Assembly: GCA_043749225.1 (NCBI GenBank)
Contig: JAYVEP010000123.1
Span: 4,413-68,412 of the forward strand
Source of the DNA: Acidobacteriaceae bacterium
GTDB lineage: Bacteria > Acidobacteriota > Terriglobia > Terriglobales > Acidobacteriaceae
Length of the DNA stretch: 64,000 nt
Reading direction: 5' to 3'
The notes below the pieces were generated by a model, which was given only the letters and a program-made list of their open reading frames with translations, searched no databases and had not been told where the DNA came from. A program made the translations under genes and the position numbers. This document shows, piece after piece, positions 36,721-45,936 of this stretch. Numbering within the stretch: the first letter of the stretch is position 1; every line of letters begins with the position of its first letter.

Positions 36721-37773
36721 ATGGCATCTGTCTTGCTCCAAGAGGATAGACACAATTTCGTACCAGTCCCCCAGAAGAATCGCTACTCTATGTCGACCAT
36801 GGACCATAATTTCTCCGTGCCGCCTTCTGTGTCTTCGAAGGACAGTCAGCGGAGATCCTCGTTTGTTGCCAGCGGAACTTCGCCGGAGAGCAGGGTGGTG
36901 GAGTCTGAGTTCCTGCCGGGTGGTTGTGCGGCCATGCGCTCGGTCGAGCAGGTCATGCGTGAGTTAGCGGCAGGAGACGCCCCGGTTTTGATTCGCGCCG
37001 AAGCGGGAGCGGGGAAGCGCACAGCAGCGCAACGAATCCACCAGATGTCGATTCGGCGCGGCCATCCTTTCGTTGCGCTGGATTGCGCCACGTTGACCGG
37101 CGAGGCCCTGGAAAACAGCGTCATTGCTACCTTCTGTCGAGGCACGGTTCTGTTGGAAGAAGTAGCCAACCTCACGGCAGCTTGCCAGGAAAAGCTGATG
37201 CAGGTTCTCGAAAGTGGTGTGAGTTCGACCAGCGCCCGCCTGGTTTTCACAACTGGAAAAGATTTGGAGCGCGAGTTGTCCGAGCGCCGCTTCCGCGAAG
37301 ATTTGTACTACCGTATCAGTGGCGTCTGCCTGCGCCTGCCTCCGTTGCGGCAACGTCGCGAAGATATTGCTCCACTCGTGCGTTTTTTTCTGACTCGTTA
37401 TGCAGCGGAGTTAGGGCGGAACCTTCCACAACTCAGCCCGGAAGCGGAACAACGGCTACAGGATTATGCCTGGCCAGGGAATCTGCGTGAGCTGCAGGAT
37501 GTAGCCAAGGCGATTGTCGTTTTAGGAGACGAAGCCCTTGTTTTAGGCGGGTTACGCGGGTTGAGCATCTTGCCAGGTCGCCGCGCCGATGGACGGGTAT
37601 CTCTGAAAGAAGCATCGAAAGCGGCGTCGCGTGAAGCCGAAAAAGAACTGATTTTGAAGGTTTTGAACCGCACGCGCTGGAATCGACGCCGCGCAGCCGA
37701 GGAGTTGCAGATTAGCTACAAAGCTCTGCTCTACAAGCTGAAACAGATTGGTTGCCATGAGTACGGAGCTTAG
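36721..37773 (+). CDS. EBP-like (NtrC/Fis-family AAA+ plus HTH) regulator lacking a receiver domain and the GAFTGA loop
   Basis: It has a degenerate Walker A (AEAGAGKR), Walker B-like GTVLLEEV and the R-finger region FREDLYYRI. Further motifs are PPLRQRREDI, WPGNLREL and a C-terminal Fis-type HTH (RWNRRRAAEELQISYKALLYKLKQ). Where ESELFGHEKGAFTGA is expected, only ~7 residues (VIATFCR) are present. The start codon is uncertain (Ser-rich N-terminus). Confidence 0.8.
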   Translation: MASVLLQEDRHNFVPVPQKNRYSMSTMDHNFSVPPSVSSKDSQRRSSFVASGTSPESRVVESEFLPGGCAAMRSVEQVMRELAAGDAPVLIRAEAGAGKRTAAQRIHQMSIRRGHPFVALDCATLTGEALENSVIATFCRGTVLLEEVANLTAACQEKLMQVLESGVSSTSARLVFTTGKDLERELSERRFREDLYYRISGVCLRLPPLRQRREDIAPLVRFFLTRYAAELGRNLPQLSPEAEQRLQDYAWPGNLRELQDVAKAIVVLGDEALVLGGLRGLSILPGRRADGRVSLKEASKAASREAEKELILKVLNRTRWNRRRAAEELQISYKALLYKLKQIGCHEYGA

Positions 37774-37842
37774 GCCAGAAAAAATTTGGCCCGGAAGAAA
37801 ATCGAACGGACGTAAGCAACACTACTTTTTTGAGGAGCTGGT

Positions 37843-38487
37843 ATGAAACGCACAGGAATGCTGGTGGGGTTGGTTTTGGCGGTCAGCTTTGTCACGACTG
37901 GGTGTCCGGCACAGGACACTTCGACAAAGCCAGCGGCGGCGCCTGCGCAGGCAGCAACGTCGCCGGCACCGCCACCGGCGACCCCCGCGCCCCTAAACGC
38001 TGTACCCAAGGATTACGTGATCGGTTCCGAAGACACCGTCATGGTTTCGGTTTGGAACGAAGAGAAGCTGACAGCCACATTGCCGGTGCGCCCGGATGGC
38101 AAGATTTCACTGCCACTGCTGAATGATGTGCAGGCGTCGGGGCTCACGCCGATGGCATTGGCGGATTCGATTACTGAGAAGCTGAAGAAGTTTCTGGCTG
38201 ACCCCCGCGTGACGGTGGTGGTGACTCAGATGAACAGCCAGAAGGTCTTCATGCTGGGCGAAGTGTCGCATACCGGCGCTTTGCCGCTACTGCCGAATAT
38301 GACAGTGTTGCAGGCGTTGTCCACGGCGGGGTTTTCGCAGTTCGCCAACCAGAAGAAGATCTACATCTTGCGCGTGGAGGATGGGAAACAGCAGAAGCTT
38401 CCTTTCAATTATAAGGCGGTCGTTAAGGGCGAGCAGATGGAACAGAACATTCTGCTGAAGCCGGGCGACACGATCGTGGTGCCTTAG
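37843..38487 (+). CDS. Polysaccharide export outer-membrane lipoprotein (Wza/EpsA-like, short form)
   Basis: It has the lipobox VTTGC, a Poly_export-like region (DYVIGSEDTVMVSVWNEE...PVRPDGKISLPLL) and an SLBB-like region ending GDTIVVP. Confidence 0.85.
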   Translation: MKRTGMLVGLVLAVSFVTTGCPAQDTSTKPAAAPAQAATSPAPPPATPAPLNAVPKDYVIGSEDTVMVSVWNEEKLTATLPVRPDGKISLPLLNDVQASGLTPMALADSITEKLKKFLADPRVTVVVTQMNSQKVFMLGEVSHTGALPLLPNMTVLQALSTAGFSQFANQKKIYILRVEDGKQQKLPFNYKAVVKGEQMEQNILLKPGDTIVVP

Positions 38488-38491
38488 GGCC

Positions 38492-39877
38492 ATGAGAAAA
38501 GTCATGAAGAACAGTCAGCATAAGAGCGTGCGCGCGGGAATCCTGTTGCTGGGGATGACGTTACTGGGACTGACCCTGTCGACGCAGCCAGGTATCGCGC
38601 AAACCACGCCGCCTCCTGCGTTTGGGCAGGATCCTACGCCGCCGCCGGTCACGCAGGCGCCGCCGGTCACGTCCCTGGATGAACCGTCCCTAGAGCCTTC
38701 GGTGTCGGCTCGGAGTTACTTGCAGCCGGGCGCTCACATCAGCGAAACAGTCAACAGCAATTTAGGCGGTACTGGCGGATCCAGTGGTGGTAACGGAGTG
38801 GTTGGCATTACGCGGGCGCTCGGGAGCCTGGATCTGAAACGGTTGTGGAGCCGCTACGACCTGAGCCTGGATTACATCGGCGGGTTGAGCCTCTACAGCG
38901 ACAACTTTGGCGGTCCAACCCAGTCGCATTCCATGAACGCGGCTCAGCGTTATTCCTGGCGCACCGGACAAGTGCAGGTGTGCGATGGACTCACCTACCT
39001 ACCCGAAGGTTCCTTCGGCTTCAGCGCATACGGCGCTGGAGGAAGCTGCGGCGGAAGCAGTATTGGAGGCGGTGGCAGCAGCTTCGGCTCCCTGAACAAA
39101 ACGGATCCGCGGCTCACGAACTCCACGGGGATCAACCTGCATGAGAGTTTAAGTCCTCGTTCGACGATCACTTTAGGCGGAAGCTACGGCTTCACGGACT
39201 TTTTTGGCAACACCAGCGTGGGTACCGTGAACAGCCATGAGTTGTCTGGGCAGGCTGGCTACAACCGGATCCTGAACAAGTTCGATCAGGTTGGCGTTTC
39301 GTACGGCTATCAGCAGTTCCAGTTTCCGACAGCGGGCGCGGGCACCATTCGCTCCAATGTGGTGCAGGTGCTTTACGGACACCAAATCTCGGGAAGAATG
39401 AGTTTGATTCTGGGGGCAGGGCCACAGTTTACTACTATCAACGGGTCGACACACCTCAACGCGAATATTCGTACCAGTTTGCGCTATCACTTTCCGCGAA
39501 CCTCTTTGGCAATGAGTTATAGCCGCTTCACTTCCAGCGGCTCGGGATTGCAACTGGGGTCGCAGAGCGATGTAGCGAAAGTGGGGGTGCAGCGGCCCTT
39601 GAATCGCTTGTGGACGGGCAACTTGGATGTCGGATACTCCCGTCACTCCGCTTTGCAGCAGCCGGGCTCGTCGCGAGCAGTGGGGGGCACCTTCCAGACG
39701 GGTTTTACAGGGGGCGGAGTCAGTCGTCGCTTGGGACACTTTTTCACTTTGACCATGCACTACCAGTACAGCTACGAATCCTTCAGCGATAAAGCCCGGG
39801 TGGGCCCGGGGTCATTCAACCGGCATATTGGGGACGTGATGTTGAGCTGGCATCCTAGGCCGATCCGTTTGGACTAG
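38492..39877 (+). CDS. Putative outer-membrane beta-barrel protein of the EPS locus
   Basis: The signal peptide ends GIAQ. A Pro-rich linker is followed by ~380 aa rich in alternating G/S/Y/T/R beta-strand-like segments. No classical terminal Phe is present. The family was not recognised with certainty. Confidence 0.55.
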   Translation: MRKVMKNSQHKSVRAGILLLGMTLLGLTLSTQPGIAQTTPPPAFGQDPTPPPVTQAPPVTSLDEPSLEPSVSARSYLQPGAHISETVNSNLGGTGGSSGGNGVVGITRALGSLDLKRLWSRYDLSLDYIGGLSLYSDNFGGPTQSHSMNAAQRYSWRTGQVQVCDGLTYLPEGSFGFSAYGAGGSCGGSSIGGGGSSFGSLNKTDPRLTNSTGINLHESLSPRSTITLGGSYGFTDFFGNTSVGTVNSHELSGQAGYNRILNKFDQVGVSYGYQQFQFPTAGAGTIRSNVVQVLYGHQISGRMSLILGAGPQFTTINGSTHLNANIRTSLRYHFPRTSLAMSYSRFTSSGSGLQLGSQSDVAKVGVQRPLNRLWTGNLDVGYSRHSALQQPGSSRAVGGTFQTGFTGGGVSRRLGHFFTLTMHYQYSYESFSDKARVGPGSFNRHIGDVMLSWHPRPIRLD

Positions 39878-39996
39878 CGGCAGGAGCGGAACTTTTGATT
39901 TTTGGAGTGGGAGTTTTGAAGCGTAGATTGAACGCTGATTTTCTGGGATTGATTTTCTAAGCAGGCTGCCGTGGGCAGCAGGAAGAGAACACGAAG

Positions 39997-41574
39997 ATGA
40001 TATTGAATCGCCAACTCGGAATCGACGATTACCTGGGGATGCTGCGGCGTCAGAAGTGGAAGATCATAATTCCCGCTCTGATTATGCCGATCATTGGATA
40101 CCTGGCTTCCTATGCCCTGCCGCCGAAGTATACGTCGACGGCGTCGGTGCTGGTGGAAGGGCAACAGATTCAGGTCACGCCGATTGTGACGGCGGATTTG
40201 TTGCAGCGCATTGTGAAGATGGAGCAGCAAATTCTAAGTCCCTCCCGCTTGCGGCCGATGATCGATAAGCTGAGCTTGGCCAAAGGTGCGGATGTAGACA
40301 CGCTGGTGGCCGATATTCGCACCAACCTGACCATCCAACCCATGGACGAGGATTTGGCGAAGAGTGCGGGAGCATCCGCTTCGGCGGGGAAGAAAAAGGG
40401 TGGCGGCGGCGGTGGTCCGGCCCAGCCCAGCTTTGCCGGTTTCAACGTGCTCTACACCGCTAACAACGCGCGCTTGGCACAGCAGGTTTGCAACGAGCTG
40501 ACGTCCATGCTGCTGGATGAAAACCTGAAGCAGCGGTCCGGCGTGGCGACCGACGCTACCCACTTTTTTGCGCAGCGAGTGAATGAAGCCAAACAGGCGC
40601 TGGACGACATGGATGGGAAGGTGGCTTCGTTCAATCGTCAGTACATGGGGCAGCTACCGGGGGATGGCCCGGCAAATCTGCAGATGTTGACGGCGTTGAA
40701 TTCGCAATTGGATGCCAACGTACAGGCTCTGAACCGGGCGCAGCAGGACAAGACTTTTGCCGAGTCCAATCTGGCGCAGCAGTTAACCGCATGGAGGGCG
40801 TCCCTGAGTGCGGGAGGCAGCCCGCAGGCGCTGGACCAGCAGATTGCAGCGAAGCAGGCTGAGTTGCAGCAGTTGGAGTCGAAATACACGCCCGATCATC
40901 CCGATGTGATCAGAGTGCGCCGCGAGCTGGCGGAGTTGCGCAGAAAAGCCAGTGAAGCCAACAACGCGGCCGTAGCCCCGGAAGAAAACAGGAAGGCGAG
41001 CGCGGCGGAGCCAGCTGAGATTCGCCAGGTACGTTTGCAGATTCATCAGTACGAGCAGATTATCGCGCAGGCGACACGAGACCAAGGTCGTTTGCAGCAG
41101 CAAATCCAGTCTTATCAGGCGAAAGTAACGGTGAGCCCCGCAGTGGACGAGCAATACAAGATTCTGACGCGGGATTATGAAGTTGCGCAGAGAACCTATC
41201 AGGACGCGGTGACACAGAGGGATAAGGCGGAGACTACTTCGGAGGTGGAATCGAGTCAGCTGGGGGAGCGGTTTAACTTGTTGAACGTCGCCGATCTGCC
41301 TGAGGATCCGAGTTTTCCGAAACGCTGGCTCTTCTTGGCAGGCGGGTTGGGGGCTGGATTTGGCCTTGGATTCGCGTTAGCGCTGCTGTTTGAGCTGAAA
41401 GATACTTCCATCCGCACGGAGCCTGACGTGGAAGCCGTGCTGGAATTGCCCACGCTGATCTCCCTGCCCTGGCTGGGAGAACAAATCGAGAAGAACATGC
41501 CGGATGGCGGGGGCTCCACGTTCTGGCGCAAGACGAATAAACCCGAAGCGGAGAAAGCGACGATCGAGGTCTAA
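39997..41574 (+). CDS. Polysaccharide chain-length determinant (Wzz/GumC-type, PEP-CTERM locus subfamily-like)
   Basis: An N-terminal TM (IIIPALIMPIIGYLASYAL) and a C-terminal TM (WLFLAGGLGAGFGLGFALALLF) flank a long coiled-coil periplasmic domain. Confidence 0.85.
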   Translation: MILNRQLGIDDYLGMLRRQKWKIIIPALIMPIIGYLASYALPPKYTSTASVLVEGQQIQVTPIVTADLLQRIVKMEQQILSPSRLRPMIDKLSLAKGADVDTLVADIRTNLTIQPMDEDLAKSAGASASAGKKKGGGGGGPAQPSFAGFNVLYTANNARLAQQVCNELTSMLLDENLKQRSGVATDATHFFAQRVNEAKQALDDMDGKVASFNRQYMGQLPGDGPANLQMLTALNSQLDANVQALNRAQQDKTFAESNLAQQLTAWRASLSAGGSPQALDQQIAAKQAELQQLESKYTPDHPDVIRVRRELAELRRKASEANNAAVAPEENRKASAAEPAEIRQVRLQIHQYEQIIAQATRDQGRLQQQIQSYQAKVTVSPAVDEQYKILTRDYEVAQRTYQDAVTQRDKAETTSEVESSQLGERFNLLNVADLPEDPSFPKRWLFLAGGLGAGFGLGFALALLFELKDTSIRTEPDVEAVLELPTLISLPWLGEQIEKNMPDGGGSTFWRKTNKPEAEKATIEV

Positions 41575-41583
41575 CGAGACTTT

Positions 41584-42540
41584 ATGTATAAGGATTTTTT
41601 TGGCCTCAAAGCCAATCCGTTCAACGTAAATCCAGACCCGCGTTACCTGTTTCTGACGCGGCACACGGAAGAGGCTCTGGCATGCCTAACCTACGGTATC
41701 CAAAGCCGCAAGGGCTTTGTGTTGCTGACGGGAGAGGTAGGTACGGGCAAGACGACGCTAATCAACAAACTTCTGGAATGGCTGCGGGTGCAGCAGGTGG
41801 CGACGGCGTTCATTTTCAACTCGCGTCTGAACACGACGCAGTTTCTGGATTTCGCGATGGCCGATTTTGGCATCACCTGCGAGTCCCGGTTGAAGAGCCA
41901 GGTTTTGCTGCGGCTCTATAACTGGTTGCTCGACCGCTATCGGGCGGGCGAGACGGCAGTCCTGATTGTGGATGAGGCGCAGAATCTTTCCGACGAAGTG
42001 TTGGAAGAGATTCGGTTGCTGACGAATCTGGAAACCTTTACGGAAAAGCTGTTGCAGATTGTTCTGGTGGGACAGCCGGAATTAGAAGCCAAGCTGAGGC
42101 AGCCGCAGTTGCGTCAGTTGCGCCAGCGCGTAACGCTGCGTGCCAAGACGCATCCTCTGACACTGGAAGAAGCGCGCGCGTATGTCACGCAGAGGTTGCA
42201 GATTGCGGGATCGAATGGGCGCCTGATTTTCGAGCCCGAATCCATAGATGTGCTGTTTCGCTACTCGGGCGGAATTCCGCGTGTGGTGAACATGCTTTGC
42301 GAGCACGCGCTGGTCAGCAGTTTTGTGGACCAGCATAAGACCGTGGGCCCTGCCGTGATTGAGGCAGTGGCGCGAGATTTCGATTTGCACGAGAGTGGCA
42401 CACCCGATCAGATAACGACTGCGACGGTGGCCGCCAATCCGGAGAAACTGGATGTGGTCGAGGCATTGCGTACGCTGGCTACATTGGCGGACCGGTTACG
42501 TCGTCCCGGGACTGAGCTTTCCAAGGAAAGGAAAATATGA
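41584..42540 (+). CDS. ExeA-like AAA ATPase (PEP-CTERM locus-associated secretion ATPase type)
   Basis: It has Walker A GEVGTGKTT and Walker B LIVDEAQNL. The N-terminal motif FGLKANPFNVNPDPRYLF is typical of the ExeA/GspA family. Confidence 0.85.
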   Translation: MYKDFFGLKANPFNVNPDPRYLFLTRHTEEALACLTYGIQSRKGFVLLTGEVGTGKTTLINKLLEWLRVQQVATAFIFNSRLNTTQFLDFAMADFGITCESRLKSQVLLRLYNWLLDRYRAGETAVLIVDEAQNLSDEVLEEIRLLTNLETFTEKLLQIVLVGQPELEAKLRQPQLRQLRQRVTLRAKTHPLTLEEARAYVTQRLQIAGSNGRLIFEPESIDVLFRYSGGIPRVVNMLCEHALVSSFVDQHKTVGPAVIEAVARDFDLHESGTPDQITTATVAANPEKLDVVEALRTLATLADRLRRPGTELSKERKI

Positions 42541-43421
42541 GCCGCATTCATGAAGCGCTAAAGAAGGCTGAACTCGAGCGAGCGACGCACCCGGGGCCCG
42601 AGGATCATGTGATTGAGCAGCCGATGCCGCCCGGAATGGGGCGTATGTCCAACTCCGTGACAGACGGCGCCTTGACCTTTGAGGCATTGCAGACGCGGAC
42701 GGCTCGGGTGCAGTGGAATCCGGATCCCAACACGATGTTGTTTTTCGAGGGCACGGACCAATCGATGGGGAAAGAGGAATTCCGGACGCTGCGGTCGCGT
42801 TTGTACCAGATGCGGGAACGCAAGCCGCTGAAGAAGATCCTCATCACGAGCGCGCTGCCACAGGAAGGGAAGAGTTTTGTCTCAGCGAATCTGGCGCAGG
42901 TATTGGTGCAGCAACGTGGACGCAGAGCCTTGCTGATTGATGCCGATATGCGCGGTCCGCGCTTGCATCAGGTCTTTGGGACGTCGGTGCAGCCGGGGCT
43001 TGCGGAATATCTGATGGGGGAGCAGGACGAATTTGGCGTGATCCAGCAGGGCTCGATGGAGAATCTGTTTTTGATTCCCGGTGGACGTCCGGTGACGAAT
43101 GCACCAGAGCTGGTTTCCAACGGACGTTTGAAGAACCTGATGGGCCGGTTGGAGCCGCTCTTTGACTGGATCATTGTGGACTCGCCTCCGGCGGCACTGG
43201 TGTCGGATGCTAGCATGCTGGCCAATTTTTGCGATGGAGTTTTGATGGTGGTGCGTTCCAGCGTGACGCCCTCCGACGCGGCTCGCAAAGCGCGTCAAGA
43301 ATTTGCGCCGGATCAGCTGTTGGGTGTGGTGCTGAATGGCATTGATCCAAAAATCGATTCCTACGCTCGCAATTACTATCCTGCCTACGGGCAGCCCGGA
43401 CCGGAACTCAAGAAGGGCTAA
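42537..43421 (+). CDS. BY-kinase (CpsD/CapB/EpsG-type tyrosine autokinase)
   Basis: It has Walker A SALPQEGKS, Walker A' LLIDADMRGP and Walker B WIIVDSPP. A C-terminal Tyr cluster is present (SYARNYYPAYG). It overlaps the upstream gene by 4 bp. Confidence 0.85.
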   Translation: MSRIHEALKKAELERATHPGPEDHVIEQPMPPGMGRMSNSVTDGALTFEALQTRTARVQWNPDPNTMLFFEGTDQSMGKEEFRTLRSRLYQMRERKPLKKILITSALPQEGKSFVSANLAQVLVQQRGRRALLIDADMRGPRLHQVFGTSVQPGLAEYLMGEQDEFGVIQQGSMENLFLIPGGRPVTNAPELVSNGRLKNLMGRLEPLFDWIIVDSPPAALVSDASMLANFCDGVLMVVRSSVTPSDAARKARQEFAPDQLLGVVLNGIDPKIDSYARNYYPAYGQPGPELKKG

Positions 43422-43432
43422 GGCCAGAGAAC

Positions 43433-44812
43433 GTGATTCGCCTCTTCAATGTCTACTACCCGATTCGCACACTGGTTCTGCTGGTGGGCGAGGCTCTGAT
43501 TGTATGGGCCTCGTTCGTGCTGGCGACGGTGATGCAGTACGGCGGATGGCAAGAAGGCTACATCGTCCTCAACTTTGAGGGCGGATACTACAAGATTCTG
43601 GCGGTGACCGCGATTGTATTAGTGGCCTCGTACTGGTTCGACTTGTACGATCCGGCACAGTTTGAAGAACGCGGAGAATTGTATTTTCGGCTTTTGCTGG
43701 TTCCTGGCTTGTTGTCGCTGTTGCTGGCGGCGATTGGTTACCTGCAACCGAAGTTGATGCTGGGCAACAATACATATTTGACCGGGCTGCTGATCTTTAC
43801 GGTCTCCCTGTTTGGCTGGCGCGCGATTTACCACTGGCTGGTGCGGCAAGACTACTTCCAGGACAGCGTTTATGTGCTGGGGATTGGAGAGCGTGCACAG
43901 CGGTTGGTGCAGGGATTGCGTCGTCGTTCCGATCTCGGAATGCGCGTAGTGAGCTGGACCGGGGAGATGGAAGGGCCGGTGAACCGCGAGAGTCTGGGTG
44001 CGCACCTACTGGAAGCGGTTCGGCGAGAAAAAATTCATCACGTAATCGTGGCCCTCGCCGATAGCCGTGGCAACCTTCCGGTGAAGGAGCTTTTGCACCT
44101 GCGTTTGCAGGGCGTAAAGATCGAAGAAGCAACTTCGTTGAACGAACGTATTTCCGGCAAGATCGAAGTGGAGCACCTCTATCCCAGTTGGCTGATTTAC
44201 GCGGCGGGGTTCCGTTTCAGTCCCGCTTTCATGCTGCTGCGGCGGGTGTTTTCTTGGTCGGCTTCCTTACTGCTCCTGCTACTTGTTCTGCCGGTGATTC
44301 CGCTGGTGATTCTGGCCATCAAGCTGGATTCGCGCGGACCGCTACTTTACAAGCAGAAGCGCGTGGGCCGGGGCGGGCTGGTGTTCCATTGCTATAAGTT
44401 TCGCACGATGCGTCCCAATGCGGAGGCGGATACCGGGCCAACGTGGGCGGGCGATGACGATCCTCGAATTACACGGATTGGGAAGTTCTTGCGCAAGTCG
44501 CGACTGGACGAAGTGCCGCAATTGTGGAACGTCTTGCGTGGCGATATGGCTTTTGTCGGGCCGCGTCCGGAACGCCCTGAATTCGTGGAGTGGCTAACTA
44601 AGGAAATTCCGTACTATCCGGTCCGGCATGTGGTGCGTCCCGGAATTACGGGTTGGGCGCAGGTCCGCTACCGCTACGGCAACACGGTAGAAGATTCGAA
44701 AGAAAAGTTGCAATACGATTTGTTTTATATCAAGAACATTTCCCTGGGCCTGGACATTCTGATTATTTTCCAGACGGTGAAGACCGTGCTATTCGGGCGG
44801 GGGGCACGATGA
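43433..44812 (+). CDS. Priming polyprenyl-phosphate sugar phosphotransferase (WbaP/EpsB-type)
   Basis: N-terminal TM helices are followed by a central Rossmann-like region. The C-terminal bacterial sugar transferase domain carries YKFRTM and DEVPQLWNVLRGDMAFVGPRPERPEF. The start codon is GTG. Confidence 0.9.
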   Translation: MIRLFNVYYPIRTLVLLVGEALIVWASFVLATVMQYGGWQEGYIVLNFEGGYYKILAVTAIVLVASYWFDLYDPAQFEERGELYFRLLLVPGLLSLLLAAIGYLQPKLMLGNNTYLTGLLIFTVSLFGWRAIYHWLVRQDYFQDSVYVLGIGERAQRLVQGLRRRSDLGMRVVSWTGEMEGPVNRESLGAHLLEAVRREKIHHVIVALADSRGNLPVKELLHLRLQGVKIEEATSLNERISGKIEVEHLYPSWLIYAAGFRFSPAFMLLRRVFSWSASLLLLLLVLPVIPLVILAIKLDSRGPLLYKQKRVGRGGLVFHCYKFRTMRPNAEADTGPTWAGDDDPRITRIGKFLRKSRLDEVPQLWNVLRGDMAFVGPRPERPEFVEWLTKEIPYYPVRHVVRPGITGWAQVRYRYGNTVEDSKEKLQYDLFYIKNISLGLDILIIFQTVKTVLFGRGAR

Positions 44813-45930
44813 GATGGGTATTTTGGATTTCGGCAACGCTCATCGTCTACGCCTACCTCGGTTATCCCGCTTGGTTGTGGCTGCGTAGCCGTTGGCGGAC
44901 GAAGCCTGTGCTGCGGAGTGCGATTACGCCAGCGGTCTCGGTGATCATGGTGGTGCGGGATGAAGAAGTAGCGCTGCCGGTCAAGCTGCGGAATCTGACC
45001 ACACTGGATTATCCGCGAGACTGGATGGAGATTCTGGTCGTGTCGGATGGTTCTAAAGATGGGACAGAAGCGATTCTGCAGGATTGGACGCAGCGTGGCG
45101 AGATTCGATCAATTCTCTTGCCGGAGCATGGGGGCAAAGCGGTTGGGCTGAATCGTGCGATTCCGGAAGCACGCGGCGAAGTCGTGCTGTTTACCGATGT
45201 CCGGCAGATGATTGAGGCCAGAGCCGTCCGACTGTTGATGGAGAACTTTGGCGATCCGCAAGTGGGCTGTGCCAGCGGGGAACTTATCCTGGGCAGCCCT
45301 GAAGATGGCGAAAGCGCACGCGGCATGGGCTTGTACTGGCGCGTGGAGAAGAAAGTAAGAGAAATGGAGTCGGCGTCCGGGTCGACGATTGGTGCCACGG
45401 GAGCCCTGTACGCGGCGCGGCGTGCTCTCTTGACCGAGCTTCCGGCGGACTTGATCTTGGACGATGTGTTTCTCCCGATGGGCGTGGTGCGGCAAGGGTA
45501 TCGCGTGGTGTTTGATCCCCGTGCAAAGGCTTGGGACAACCCCAACCTGGGGTCGGGGCGCGAATTCTGGCGTAAGGTGCGCACGTTGAGCGGGAACTAC
45601 CAGTTGGTCCAGGCAGCGCCTTGGCTGCTCGGCGGCCAGAACCCGGTGCTTTGGGATTTCATCAGTCACAAGCTTCTCCGCTTGTTTGTTCCGTTTGCGC
45701 TGGCGGGCGTATTGCTGAGTGCAGCCTGGCTGGGTGGACCTTTTTACGGCGTCTGCTTGATCGTGCAGCTTGGGTTCTACGCCCTGAGTCTGCTAGCAGG
45801 AATGCAGGCGCGCTTGGGAATCATAGGACGGGTTGCGGACGCAGCGCTCACCTTCGTCGTACTCAACACGGCCGCCCTGGTGGCGTTTCGTAATTTTGTG
45901 CTGGGCCGCAAGACGGTCTGGGGCCGCTAG
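44809..45930 (+). CDS. Membrane-embedded family-2 glycosyltransferase
   Basis: One N-terminal TM is followed by a GT-A core (VSVIMVVRDEE, VVSDGSKDGT and FTDVRQ) and 3-4 C-terminal TM helices. ATG 44809 overlaps the upstream stop (ATGA). Confidence 0.85.
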   Translation: MRWVFWISATLIVYAYLGYPAWLWLRSRWRTKPVLRSAITPAVSVIMVVRDEEVALPVKLRNLTTLDYPRDWMEILVVSDGSKDGTEAILQDWTQRGEIRSILLPEHGGKAVGLNRAIPEARGEVVLFTDVRQMIEARAVRLLMENFGDPQVGCASGELILGSPEDGESARGMGLYWRVEKKVREMESASGSTIGATGALYAARRALLTELPADLILDDVFLPMGVVRQGYRVVFDPRAKAWDNPNLGSGREFWRKVRTLSGNYQLVQAAPWLLGGQNPVLWDFISHKLLRLFVPFALAGVLLSAAWLGGPFYGVCLIVQLGFYALSLLAGMQARLGIIGRVADAALTFVVLNTAALVAFRNFVLGRKTVWGR

Positions 45931-45936
45931 GGAGAT

